Below, piece by piece: positions 9,063 through 17,051 of a stretch of 64,000 bases of DNA (its first letter is position 1; each line of letters opens with the position of its first letter). Source of the stretch: an uncultured Actinomycetes bacterium (GTDB lineage Bacteria; Actinomycetota; Actinomycetes; Streptosporangiales; Streptosporangiaceae); the NCBI GenBank assembly GCA_963806145.1, contig CAWDXD010000050.1, positions 3,886-67,885 of the forward strand, written 5' to 3'. A program made the translations under genes and the position numbers. Under the pieces are notes generated by a model. The model did no database searches. It saw nothing but the letters and a program-made list of their open reading frames with translations, and was not told where the DNA came from.

Positions 9063-9229
9063 GGGAATCGGCTCCCTTACAAGTACAGGTCATCGTGGCC
9101 TCTCCCTGATAGTCGGTTCTGAACCTGCGAGAAAGCTGAACGGCCGCTGACAACCGTCTCGGCCTTTGCTGGTTATCTCAGAGCCAGCTCTGAGCGGCCC
9201 GCCCGGCGGCCGAGTCGAGATCGGAGCGA

Positions 9230-10153
9230 ATGTTGAAGGCAGTCCGTTTCAGCCAGTTCGGGGGCCCGGAGGTCCTCGAGATCGTGGATCTCCCCGATCC
9301 GCATCCGGGTCCCGGCCAGGTCCGGATTGCGGTGCGCGCGGCCGGCGTCAACGCGAGCGACTGGAAGAAGCGCAAGGGCCTGATGGATGGGGGGCTCCCG
9401 CAGACCATGGGCCACGAGGCGGCGGGCGTCGTCGACGAGCTCGGCGGGGGGGTTGCGGACGTGGCCGTCGGCGATCGCGTGTTCGGCTTCTCCGCCGAGG
9501 GGGCGGCCCAGGCCGAGCTGGCGGTGCTGTCCTACTATGCGCCGATCCCGCCGTCGCTTGACTTCCCCGGGGCTGCCGCGCTGCCGGCCGCCATCGAGAC
9601 GGCCACCCGCGCGCTCGATCAGCTCGGTGTCGGGAGCGGCAGCACGCTGCTCATCAACGGCGCCTCCGGAAGCGTCGGCAGCGCCGCGGTTCAGCTCGCC
9701 GCGGTGCGCGGTGCGCGCGTGATCGGCACCGCCAGCCCGGCCAACCACGAGTACCTGCGCTCGCTGGGGGCCGAGCCCGTTGCCTACGGCGAGGGCCTCG
9801 CCGGGCGGGTTCGCGCGCTTGCGCCTGACGGCGTCGACGCGGCGCTCGACGTCGCCGGGAGCGGCGTCCTGCCCGAGCTCATCGGGCTCGCGGGCGGCCC
9901 GGAGCACGTCGTGACGATCGCCGACTTCGGTGGCGCGCAGGAGCATGGGGTGAGGTTCAGCAGCGGGGACGCCGGCCGTGCGGTCCACGCGCTCGCCGAG
10001 ATCGGCGAGCTGATCGAGTCCGGGCGCTTCTCGGTCCCGGTCGCGCAGACCTTCCCGCTCGCCGAGGCCGCGGAGGCGCACCGCGTCAGCGAGAACGGTC
10101 ACGTGCGCGGGAAGCTCGTGCTGGTGGTCGGCGACGTCCAGCCCAGGAGATGA
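9230..10153 (+). CDS. NADPH:quinone oxidoreductase / zinc-type alcohol dehydrogenase family (MDR)
   Basis: 'MLKAVRFSQFGGPEVLEIVDLPDP..VRIAVRAAGVN' and the Rossmann motif 'INGASGSVGSAAVQLA'. Confidence 0.85.
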   Translation: MLKAVRFSQFGGPEVLEIVDLPDPHPGPGQVRIAVRAAGVNASDWKKRKGLMDGGLPQTMGHEAAGVVDELGGGVADVAVGDRVFGFSAEGAAQAELAVLSYYAPIPPSLDFPGAAALPAAIETATRALDQLGVGSGSTLLINGASGSVGSAAVQLAAVRGARVIGTASPANHEYLRSLGAEPVAYGEGLAGRVRALAPDGVDAALDVAGSGVLPELIGLAGGPEHVVTIADFGGAQEHGVRFSSGDAGRAVHALAEIGELIESGRFSVPVAQTFPLAEAAEAHRVSENGHVRGKLVLVVGDVQPRR

Positions 10154-10207
10154 CGACGAGCGCCAGCGGCCGGCCGTGCCCTCGACCCCCGGCAGGAATC
10201 TTGGTGC

Positions 10208-11149
10208 TCAGCCCGCCACGCGGCCGTCCGATGCCGTGACCTGCGGGTTCGCACTCCGCCAGGGCGCTGGTTCGTCGCCAAGAACGCGCCGCGCGGCGGC
10301 CCTGATCAGGACGGCCGCCCAGGTCCGGAAGGGTTTCCAGGCCTCGGCCACCGCGCGGAGCTCCGCGTCGGAGACCGGTCCGGGGCGGCTGTAGAGCTGT
10401 CCCACCAGGGCCAGGAGCTTCGGCTCGCCAACCGGCAGAACGTCGGCGAACCCGGTGGCCCTGATCACGATCAGGGCGCTGTAGAACGGCCCGATGCCGG
10501 GGATCTGCCGCAACCGCACCATGGCCTCCTCGGGCCCGAGCGCGAGGAGGTGGCCCGCATCGAGCCGACCTTCCTGCGCCGCCCGGGCGACGCCGTGCAG
10601 CCGCTCCATCCGGTCCGGCGCGATGCCGGGGAACGATTCCACCCGCAGCATCTGGGCCGGCGCGGGCAGTGCCGCGAGTTGCTGGCCAGCCAGGTCGAAG
10701 GCCGCCCCGTGAGCCCGGCTGAGCCGTTCCCGCACGGCCATCATCTGCTTCGGCGGCCGCCGGACGCTCAGCACGGCCCAGGCGGCCGCCTCGTACGGGG
10801 AATAGAACAGCGGCGGCCGCAGCCCCGGCGCCGCCCGCTGGACCGAGCGGAGCACCGGATCGCGCTCCCCGGCCTGCAGGAACCCGGCGGCGTCGTAGTC
10901 GAGCGAAAGCACCCGTGCGACCTGCTGCCGCACCGCGTCCACGCCGGTGCCGCCAGGCCCGAAGACCGTGCCGTGCACCCCGGCCTTGTCCTGGCGCACC
11001 TCCACCCCGACCTGGTGCTGGTAGCCGTCCAGGCAGAACGCCAGGCGCATGACGTCGCCCCCGGCGGCGTCACGCTGCCCGAACCCGAACGCGATGGCCT
11101 CCGCCAGCGAGAACGGGCCGCGCGGCACGATCGTGAACGTCTCAGCCAC
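10208..11149 (-). CDS. DNA-3-methyladenine glycosylase II-like (AlkA / HhH-GPD superfamily)
   Basis: The HhH element 'LRQIPGIGPFYSALIVIRATG' and the overall AlkA-like length. Confidence 0.65.
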   Translation of the reverse strand: MAETFTIVPRGPFSLAEAIAFGFGQRDAAGGDVMRLAFCLDGYQHQVGVEVRQDKAGVHGTVFGPGGTGVDAVRQQVARVLSLDYDAAGFLQAGERDPVLRSVQRAAPGLRPPLFYSPYEAAAWAVLSVRRPPKQMMAVRERLSRAHGAAFDLAGQQLAALPAPAQMLRVESFPGIAPDRMERLHGVARAAQEGRLDAGHLLALGPEEAMVRLRQIPGIGPFYSALIVIRATGFADVLPVGEPKLLALVGQLYSRPGPVSDAELRAVAEAWKPFRTWAAVLIRAAARRVLGDEPAPWRSANPQVTASDGRVAG

Positions 11150-11256
11150 GGTGCCTCCCCAGGGCCGGCGCCGGCGTGACCGGCGCTGCGTGACCGGCGT
11201 TTGCTGTCCGGTCCTGCCCGCACTCTGTCACCTGGGCCGGACATTCCGCCCGGGCG

Positions 11257-12573
11257 CTAATGGCGCAGGCTGGCCCGCAACGCGAGAATCCGCTGCACCG
11301 CGGCACGGAACGCCGCCTGGTCCAGGCTCCCGTGCTGGTAACCCTTGGCGAGCGCGATCCTCGCCTGGTACCCCTGGCCGGGCTGCTGCGCCGAGCAGAG
11401 GATCAGGTCCATCCCTGCGCCGGCCGCCAGGTCGGCCCGGTGCCTGGTGGTGCCGTACGCCTTCAAGGACCCGGCCTCCAGCGCGTCGGTGATCGTGACG
11501 CCGGTGAACCCGAGCCGCTGCCGCAGTTCGCCGCCGACGACCGCGGGAGAGAGCCCGGCCGGTCGCTCCTGGTCCAGCGCCGGGTAGACCGCCCACGACA
11601 CCATGACCAGCTTGACCCCGGCCCGGATGGCGGCCCGGTAGGGATATTCGTCGGTGCCGCGCAGGGTGGCGAGCGGCACGTTCAGCGTCACCGGCCCCTC
11701 GTCGGTGTTCTGCGCGGTCGCGGCGGCGCCCAGCCCGGGGAAGTGCTTCGCGGTAGCCGCGACGCCGGTGGCCTGCTGCGCCTTGATGAAGTCGGCGCCC
11801 AGGGAGGAGACCCTGCGCGGGTTCGTGCTGTAGGAGCGCCCGAACTGGTCGTCGAAGTCGCCCGGCGTCCGGTACACATCGAGCACGGGCGCGAGGTTCA
11901 CGTTCAGGCCCGCTCCGGTCAGGTTCTGGCCCGCGCCCCGGCCCGCCGCCTTCGCCGCCGCCGCGGGACGGGCCGCCTCGCCGATCAGTTTCTCCGACTC
12001 ATCCGGTGCGCCCGGCAGGCGGCGGACCAGGCCGCCCTCCTGATCGGTCATGAGCAGCAGCGGGTAGTGCCGCAGCGGGTTCTGCGGGCTGGCGTTGGCC
12101 TGATCGAGTTCGGTGGCGACCGCCGCGAGCTGGGCCTGGCTGGAGATGTTCGGGCCGAAGAAGATGACCCCGGCGACCTTGCCCGCCCGGATCCAGCGGA
12201 GCAGGCTGGCCGGCGGGGTCAGCCCGGTGTAGCTGTAGATCACCCGCTGGCCGGCCAGCTGCGCGGACGAGAGCGGCGGCAGGGCAGCCTGCCCCGTGGC
12301 CGGGCGTACCTTGCCCGAGCCCTCGATGCCGGAATTCGCCGCGGCCGAGCCCGCCGCGGCCCCGTGCTTCACCGGCGGGCCGGCGCTGGCCGACCGCACC
12401 AGGCCGACCCCGGCGACCACGGCCACCGCGGCCGCGCACACCGCGACGGTGACCGTGAGGGCAACCCGCAGCCCGCGGCGGCGGCCCGCAGGGCCCGGCG
12501 CGCGATCCTTGGCCGCCGGCGTCCCGCGCGGCCGTGCGGGGATGGTCATATGTCTCTCAACGTCGTAAGCCAC
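11257..12573 (-). CDS. Glycoside hydrolase family 3 N-terminal-domain protein (NagZ/LpqI-like beta-N-acetylhexosaminidase), secreted
   Basis: 'LLMTDQEGGLVRRL', 'NLAPVLDV' and 'KHFPGLGAA' are GH3 signatures. There is an N-terminal TM/signal segment. An alternative start lies at 12549. Confidence 0.8.
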   Translation of the reverse strand: MAYDVERHMTIPARPRGTPAAKDRAPGPAGRRRGLRVALTVTVAVCAAAVAVVAGVGLVRSASAGPPVKHGAAAGSAAANSGIEGSGKVRPATGQAALPPLSSAQLAGQRVIYSYTGLTPPASLLRWIRAGKVAGVIFFGPNISSQAQLAAVATELDQANASPQNPLRHYPLLLMTDQEGGLVRRLPGAPDESEKLIGEAARPAAAAKAAGRGAGQNLTGAGLNVNLAPVLDVYRTPGDFDDQFGRSYSTNPRRVSSLGADFIKAQQATGVAATAKHFPGLGAAATAQNTDEGPVTLNVPLATLRGTDEYPYRAAIRAGVKLVMVSWAVYPALDQERPAGLSPAVVGGELRQRLGFTGVTITDALEAGSLKAYGTTRHRADLAAGAGMDLILCSAQQPGQGYQARIALAKGYQHGSLDQAAFRAAVQRILALRASLRH

Positions 12574-12711
12574 GTCCGCAGTCCTGCCCCCTGGCCCGCG
12601 ACTCCGGTCCTGCGTTCCCCACGGTAGACCGTATCAACCAGGCCAGGGACAACCATGCTCCACTGTGCGTGAGCGATGCCAACACCTGTGTTACCGCAAA
12701 CCGGGCATCCG

Positions 12712-15700
12712 TCACCCGTAGAACAGTGCTTCCATCACCCCCCGGGCCCGGCGCGCTGCCTGACGGTAATCCTGCACCAGATCCTGCGCGGCCCCGGGCT
12801 GGTAGCCCAGCACCGACGCCACCGCGGCCAGCTCGGAGGCCCTGGCGGGCAGCATGTCCGCCGCCCGGCCGCGGACCAGCACCACCGCGTCCCTGATCCG
12901 GGAGGCCAGCCGCCAGGCCCGCGCGAGCACGCGGGCATCCTCGTGCGCCACCAGCCCGGCCCTGGCCGCGGCGTCCAGCCCGGCCAGGGTGCGCGTGGTG
13001 CGCAGTTCCGGCACGGCATGGGCGTGCCTGAGCTGCAGCAACTGCACCACCCACTCGACATCGGACAGCCCGCCTGGCCCGAGCTTCAGGTGCAGTGCGG
13101 GGTCCACGCCGCGCGGCATGCGCTCGGCCTCCATCCGTGCCTTGAGGCGCCTTATTTCCAGGACGGAAGGCTCGGGGATTCCGCCGCCCGGATAGCGGAA
13201 CTCATCCGCCAGGGCCGTGAAGCGGGCTCCCAGTACACTGTCGCCCGCCACCGGCTCGGCGCGCAGCAGGGCCTGGCTCTCCCAGGGAACCGACCACCGC
13301 TGGTAGTAGGCCCGGTAGGAGGCCAGGGTGCGTACCAGCGGCCCCTGCCGTCCTTCCGGGCGCAGGCCGGGGTCGATGAGCAGGGGCGGCTCCGGACCGG
13401 GCCGGGCCAGCAGCGCGCGCAACTCCTCGGCCGCGGCGTGCGCCACGGACGCCGCCTCCTGCTCGTCCGCCCCGGGCAGCGGGTCATGCACGAACATCAC
13501 GTCCGCGTCGCTGCCGTATCCGGACTCGTGGCCGCCGAACCTGCCCATCCCCACCACGCACAGCCGGGTGGGGAACCCTCCCCGGCGGTCCGCCACGGAC
13601 CGCACCGCCACCTGGAGCGCGGCCTCGATGGTGACCGCGGCAACGGCGGTGAGCGCTTCCCCGGTCTGCTCGGGGCCCGACCGGCCGAGCAGGTCGGCCA
13701 TGGCGGTCCGGAGCAGTTCGCGGCAGCGCAGTGCGCGCAACGCCACCACCGCGGCGGCGGCCTCACCGTGCCGGCCCACCAGCGCCGCGGCCTCCGCGTG
13801 CAGCGCCGCGCGGTCGCGGGGGACAAGCTGGGCGTCGTTGCCGAGCCAGGCGACGGTCTCCGGCTGGCGCAGCAGCAGGCCCGCCGCGTAACGGCTGGAG
13901 GCGAGCAGCCTGGCCATCCGCTGCGCCACGGTCATGTCGTCCCGCAGCAGCCGCAGATACCACGGGCTGTTGCCCAGGGCGTCGCTGACCTGGTGGAACG
14001 CCAGCAGCCCGGCATCGGGGTCCGCCGCGTCGGCGAACCAGCCGAGCAGCAGCGGCAGCAGCGTGCGCTGGATGGCCGCGCGGCGCGACACCCCGGCGGT
14101 CAGCGTCCCGATGTGCCGCAGCGCCCCGGCCGGGTCGGCGTAGCCGAGCGCCTCGAGCCTGGCCTCGGCCGCCTGCGGGGTGAGCCGGGCCGCCTCGCCG
14201 GGCAGGCTGGCCACCGCGTCGAGCAGCGGCCGGTAGAACAGCTTCTCGTGCAGCCGCTGGACCTGGCTCGCATGCTCACGCCACCGGGCGAGCAGTTCCT
14301 CGGCCGGGTCCGGGCGCCCGGCGGAGCGGCCCGTGGCCCGCGGGCGGCGGTCACCGGCCTGGGCCTCCCCGGCCGGCCCGGCCGCAGCCGCCTCGCCGGA
14401 CTGCGCCGCACCGGACTGCGCGGCACCGGACTGCGCCGCCTGGCCCGCATCGGACAGCCGCAGCGCCCGGCCGATCCGGCGCAGCACCTCAGGTTCCTCG
14501 GGCATGGTGTGGGTCCGCCGCAGGTGCCTGAGCTGGAGCAGATGCTCGACCCGGCGCAGGAACCGGTAGGCCCCGGCCAGCTCGGCCGCGTCCTGGCGGC
14601 CGACGTACCCGCCCGCAGCGAGCACGGCCAGGGCCGGCAGGGTGGCCGGCTCGCGCAGCGACTCATCGAGCCTGCCGTGCACGAGCTGAAGGAGCTGGAC
14701 CGCGAACTCGATGTCCCGCAGCCCGCCAGGGCCCAGCTTGAGTTCCCTGCCCGCCGCCGCCGCGGGCAGCGTGCCGATCACCCGGCGGCGCATCGCCTGC
14801 ACGTCCGGGACGAAGTTCTCCCGCTGGGCCGCCTGCCAGACCAGCGGGAGCATGGCTGCGGCGTATTCGCCGCCGAGCGCGGCGTCCCCTGCGGCCGGCC
14901 TGGCCTTCAGCAGGGCCTGGAACTCCCAGGTCTGTGCCCAGCGCTGGTAGTAGACGCGGTGGCTGGCCAGGGTCCGCACCAGCGGGCCGCTGCGCCCCTC
15001 GGGCCGCAGGTTGGGATCCACCGGGAACAGCGCACCCTCAGGAGTGCTCCGCGAGCACACCTGGATCAGGCCCGCGGCGAGCTGGGTGGCGGTGCGCAGC
15101 GCCGCCGCCTCTCCCCCGTCCCTGCCGCTACCGGTCTCGGCAGGCTCCGCGACGAAGATCACGTCCACGTCGCTGGCGTAGTTCAGCTCCCTGGCGCCGC
15201 ACTTGCCCATGGCGATCACCGCCAGCCGGCACGGCGCGGACCCCGGCGGAAGGTTCGCCCTGGCGATCGCCAGGGCCGCTTCCAGCGCCGCTGCCGCGAG
15301 GTCGGCCAGCTCGGCTGCTACCTGGTCGAAGGACGCCTCTCCGGTAAGGTCCCGCGCCGCCAGCGGCAGCAGCCACCGCCGGTACGCCACCCGCAGTGCG
15401 GCCACCGGGTCGGTGCCGGCCCGGCCGGCCCCCGCCTGGCCCGCGACCGGCCCGGGGTCCTCCGGGTCCGCGCCGACCGCGGCCAGCAACCCGGCCCGTA
15501 CCTGGGCCGGTTCCGGCGCGGGCAGGTCATCGCCGCCGGACAGGGCCTGCCAGTGCTCCGGGTGCCGGGCCAGATGATCCCCGAGGGCCGCGCTGGCTCC
15601 GAGCACTGCCGCCAGCCGGGCACGCAGCCGGGGGTCGTCGCCGAGCGCCCTGGTCAGCTCGGCGTCGCGGGGCATCCGCGCCAGCGCGGCCAGCGCCAGA

Positions 15701-15861
15701 TCGGGGTCCGCCGCGGTGGCCAGCGCGTCGATCAGCCCGTCGCCCGCCTGGCTGGCATCCATGGCGAGATCCCCGGTGAGCAGGAGTTCCGCCCGGGCGG
15801 GGTCGGCGAAGCCCAGCCGGGCCAGCCGTGCGGCAGCGGTGGTCCTGCGCGGCACGCTCAC
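12712..15861 (-). CDS. glnE: Bifunctional glutamine-synthetase adenylyltransferase / adenylyl-removing enzyme
   Basis: The 1049-aa ORF has two nucleotidyltransferase halves, each with 'GGxxxGYGSDADV/ELNYASDVDVIFV' and 'LRPEGRxGPLVRTLASxxxYY'. Confidence 0.95.
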   Translation of the reverse strand: MSVPRRTTAAARLARLGFADPARAELLLTGDLAMDASQAGDGLIDALATAADPDLALAALARMPRDAELTRALGDDPRLRARLAAVLGASAALGDHLARHPEHWQALSGGDDLPAPEPAQVRAGLLAAVGADPEDPGPVAGQAGAGRAGTDPVAALRVAYRRWLLPLAARDLTGEASFDQVAAELADLAAAALEAALAIARANLPPGSAPCRLAVIAMGKCGARELNYASDVDVIFVAEPAETGSGRDGGEAAALRTATQLAAGLIQVCSRSTPEGALFPVDPNLRPEGRSGPLVRTLASHRVYYQRWAQTWEFQALLKARPAAGDAALGGEYAAAMLPLVWQAAQRENFVPDVQAMRRRVIGTLPAAAAGRELKLGPGGLRDIEFAVQLLQLVHGRLDESLREPATLPALAVLAAGGYVGRQDAAELAGAYRFLRRVEHLLQLRHLRRTHTMPEEPEVLRRIGRALRLSDAGQAAQSGAAQSGAAQSGEAAAAGPAGEAQAGDRRPRATGRSAGRPDPAEELLARWREHASQVQRLHEKLFYRPLLDAVASLPGEAARLTPQAAEARLEALGYADPAGALRHIGTLTAGVSRRAAIQRTLLPLLLGWFADAADPDAGLLAFHQVSDALGNSPWYLRLLRDDMTVAQRMARLLASSRYAAGLLLRQPETVAWLGNDAQLVPRDRAALHAEAAALVGRHGEAAAAVVALRALRCRELLRTAMADLLGRSGPEQTGEALTAVAAVTIEAALQVAVRSVADRRGGFPTRLCVVGMGRFGGHESGYGSDADVMFVHDPLPGADEQEAASVAHAAAEELRALLARPGPEPPLLIDPGLRPEGRQGPLVRTLASYRAYYQRWSVPWESQALLRAEPVAGDSVLGARFTALADEFRYPGGGIPEPSVLEIRRLKARMEAERMPRGVDPALHLKLGPGGLSDVEWVVQLLQLRHAHAVPELRTTRTLAGLDAAARAGLVAHEDARVLARAWRLASRIRDAVVLVRGRAADMLPARASELAAVASVLGYQPGAAQDLVQDYRQAARRARGVMEALFYG
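14396..14440. repeat. 15-bp tandem repeat x3 inside the glnE linker, encoding (AAQSG)x3
   Basis: ccggactgcgccgca / ccggactgcgcggca / ccggactgcgccgcc. The protein reads 'GQAAQSGAAQSGAAQSGEAAAAG'. Confidence 0.9.
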
Positions 15862-15918
15862 CCCAGCACCGTAACCGTACGGCGCCCCCCGGCTGATGCC
15901 GGTCAGCGGATCACGTGA

Positions 15919-16278
15919 TCAGCCCTCTAGGCAGAACTCGTTGCCTTCGGGGTCGGCCATCACGATCCAGCTTGCGCCGGGCGGCTGGTCGCCGAGCACG
16001 GTGGCGCCCAGGCCGGTCAGCCTGGCCAGCTCCGCCTGCTGGTCGTCGCCCGGCGGGAGCAGGTCCAGGTGGATCCGGTTCTTGACCCGCTTCAGCTCCG
16101 GCACGGTGGTGAAGTACATCCTCGGGCCACCAGGTGAGGGCGGTTCCACCGCGTATTCGACGTGACCGGGAGTGGCGTCGCGCTCCTGGGCGGTCCAGCC
16201 GGTCACCGCTGCCCAGAACATGGCCTGCGACCGTGCATCCGCGCAGTCGAAGGTGATGTTGAGAATGCTTGCGTACAT
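15919..16278 (-). CDS. VOC (glyoxalase/bleomycin-resistance-like) family protein
   Basis: 119 aa from the ATG at 16278. 'NRIHLDL' and 'ADPEGNEFCL' are typical of the VOC fold. The upstream part of ORF 15919..16482 is low-complexity. Confidence 0.7.
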   Translation of the reverse strand: MYASILNITFDCADARSQAMFWAAVTGWTAQERDATPGHVEYAVEPPSPGGPRMYFTTVPELKRVKNRIHLDLLPPGDDQQAELARLTGLGATVLGDQPPGASWIVMADPEGNEFCLEG

Positions 16279-16288
16279 GGACGCTCCA

Positions 16289-16957
16289 CTAGCTCTGGGT
16301 GGCTGGCCCCGGTCCCCGGATGGCGGCCAGGACCGTGTCGTGGATGGTGACCTCGGTGCCGTCGGGGGTGGTCGCGGGCCGGGGCCTGGCCTCGCAGGAC
16401 TGCACCGTCCACGAGTCGCCGAGCAGCCCGGCGATCTCCTCCGGGGTGTAGAACAGCTCGGGCATCGGCGGCCGCGGCACACCGGCCTCCAGGTCGGACG
16501 GGTGGTGCCCGACGATCAGCAGCATGCCGCTATCGCGGACCGCCGCGGCCAGCGCCGCGAACAAGGGAACGCGCGCCTCCGGCGGCAACTGGATGAACTG
16601 CGCCGAGACCAGGTCAAAGGAGTCAGGCTCGGGCGGCTGGGCGAGCAAGTCCGCCTGCCACCAGTGGATGCGTGCCGCCGCCGCCGGGTCGGTGTCGTCG
16701 GCGTGCCGGGCGGCGCGCTCCAGCGCCACGCCGGAGATGTCGGCCCCGACCACCATCCACCCGGTACCGGCGAGCCAGATGGCGTCGGCACCCTCGCCGC
16801 AGCCCACGTCCAGCGCCAGCCCCGGCCCCCGGCCGGTCACCTCGGCGACCAGCTGCGGATTCGGGTCGCCGCTCCAGACCCGCTCCGCAGACCGGTACCG
16901 CTCGTTCCAGAAATCCGCGCCGAACATGTGGCCGACGTCGTCAGCGTGCTCACTCAT
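16289..16957 (-). CDS. Class I SAM-dependent methyltransferase
   Basis: Motif I 'ALDVGCGEGADAIWLA' and post-I 'VVGADIS'. Confidence 0.8.
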   Translation of the reverse strand: MSEHADDVGHMFGADFWNERYRSAERVWSGDPNPQLVAEVTGRGPGLALDVGCGEGADAIWLAGTGWMVVGADISGVALERAARHADDTDPAAAARIHWWQADLLAQPPEPDSFDLVSAQFIQLPPEARVPLFAALAAAVRDSGMLLIVGHHPSDLEAGVPRPPMPELFYTPEEIAGLLGDSWTVQSCEARPRPATTPDGTEVTIHDTVLAAIRGPGPATQS

Positions 16958-17000
16958 CCGCCCAGTATCGTGCCGCGGCCGCGGCGGGCCGGTGAAAATG

Positions 17001-17035
17001 CCGGGGCCCGCCGGCGTCGTGCCGGCGGGCCCCGG
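17001..17035 (-). terminator. Strong hairpin downstream of the large secreted-protein gene
   Basis: Perfect 15-bp stem ccggggcccgccggc / gccggcgggccccgg with a 5-nt loop. It begins 17 nt after the stop codon at 17052-17054. Confidence 0.6.
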
Positions 17036-17051
17036 GTGCCTTAGTTACTGG

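Noticed and set aside
12676-15918. A 1080-aa plus-strand ORF covering the whole glnE locus.
   Set aside because: It is antisense to a clearly recognisable glnE and translates to Arg/Pro/Gly-rich low-complexity sequence. Long stop-free antisense frames are expected at this GC content.
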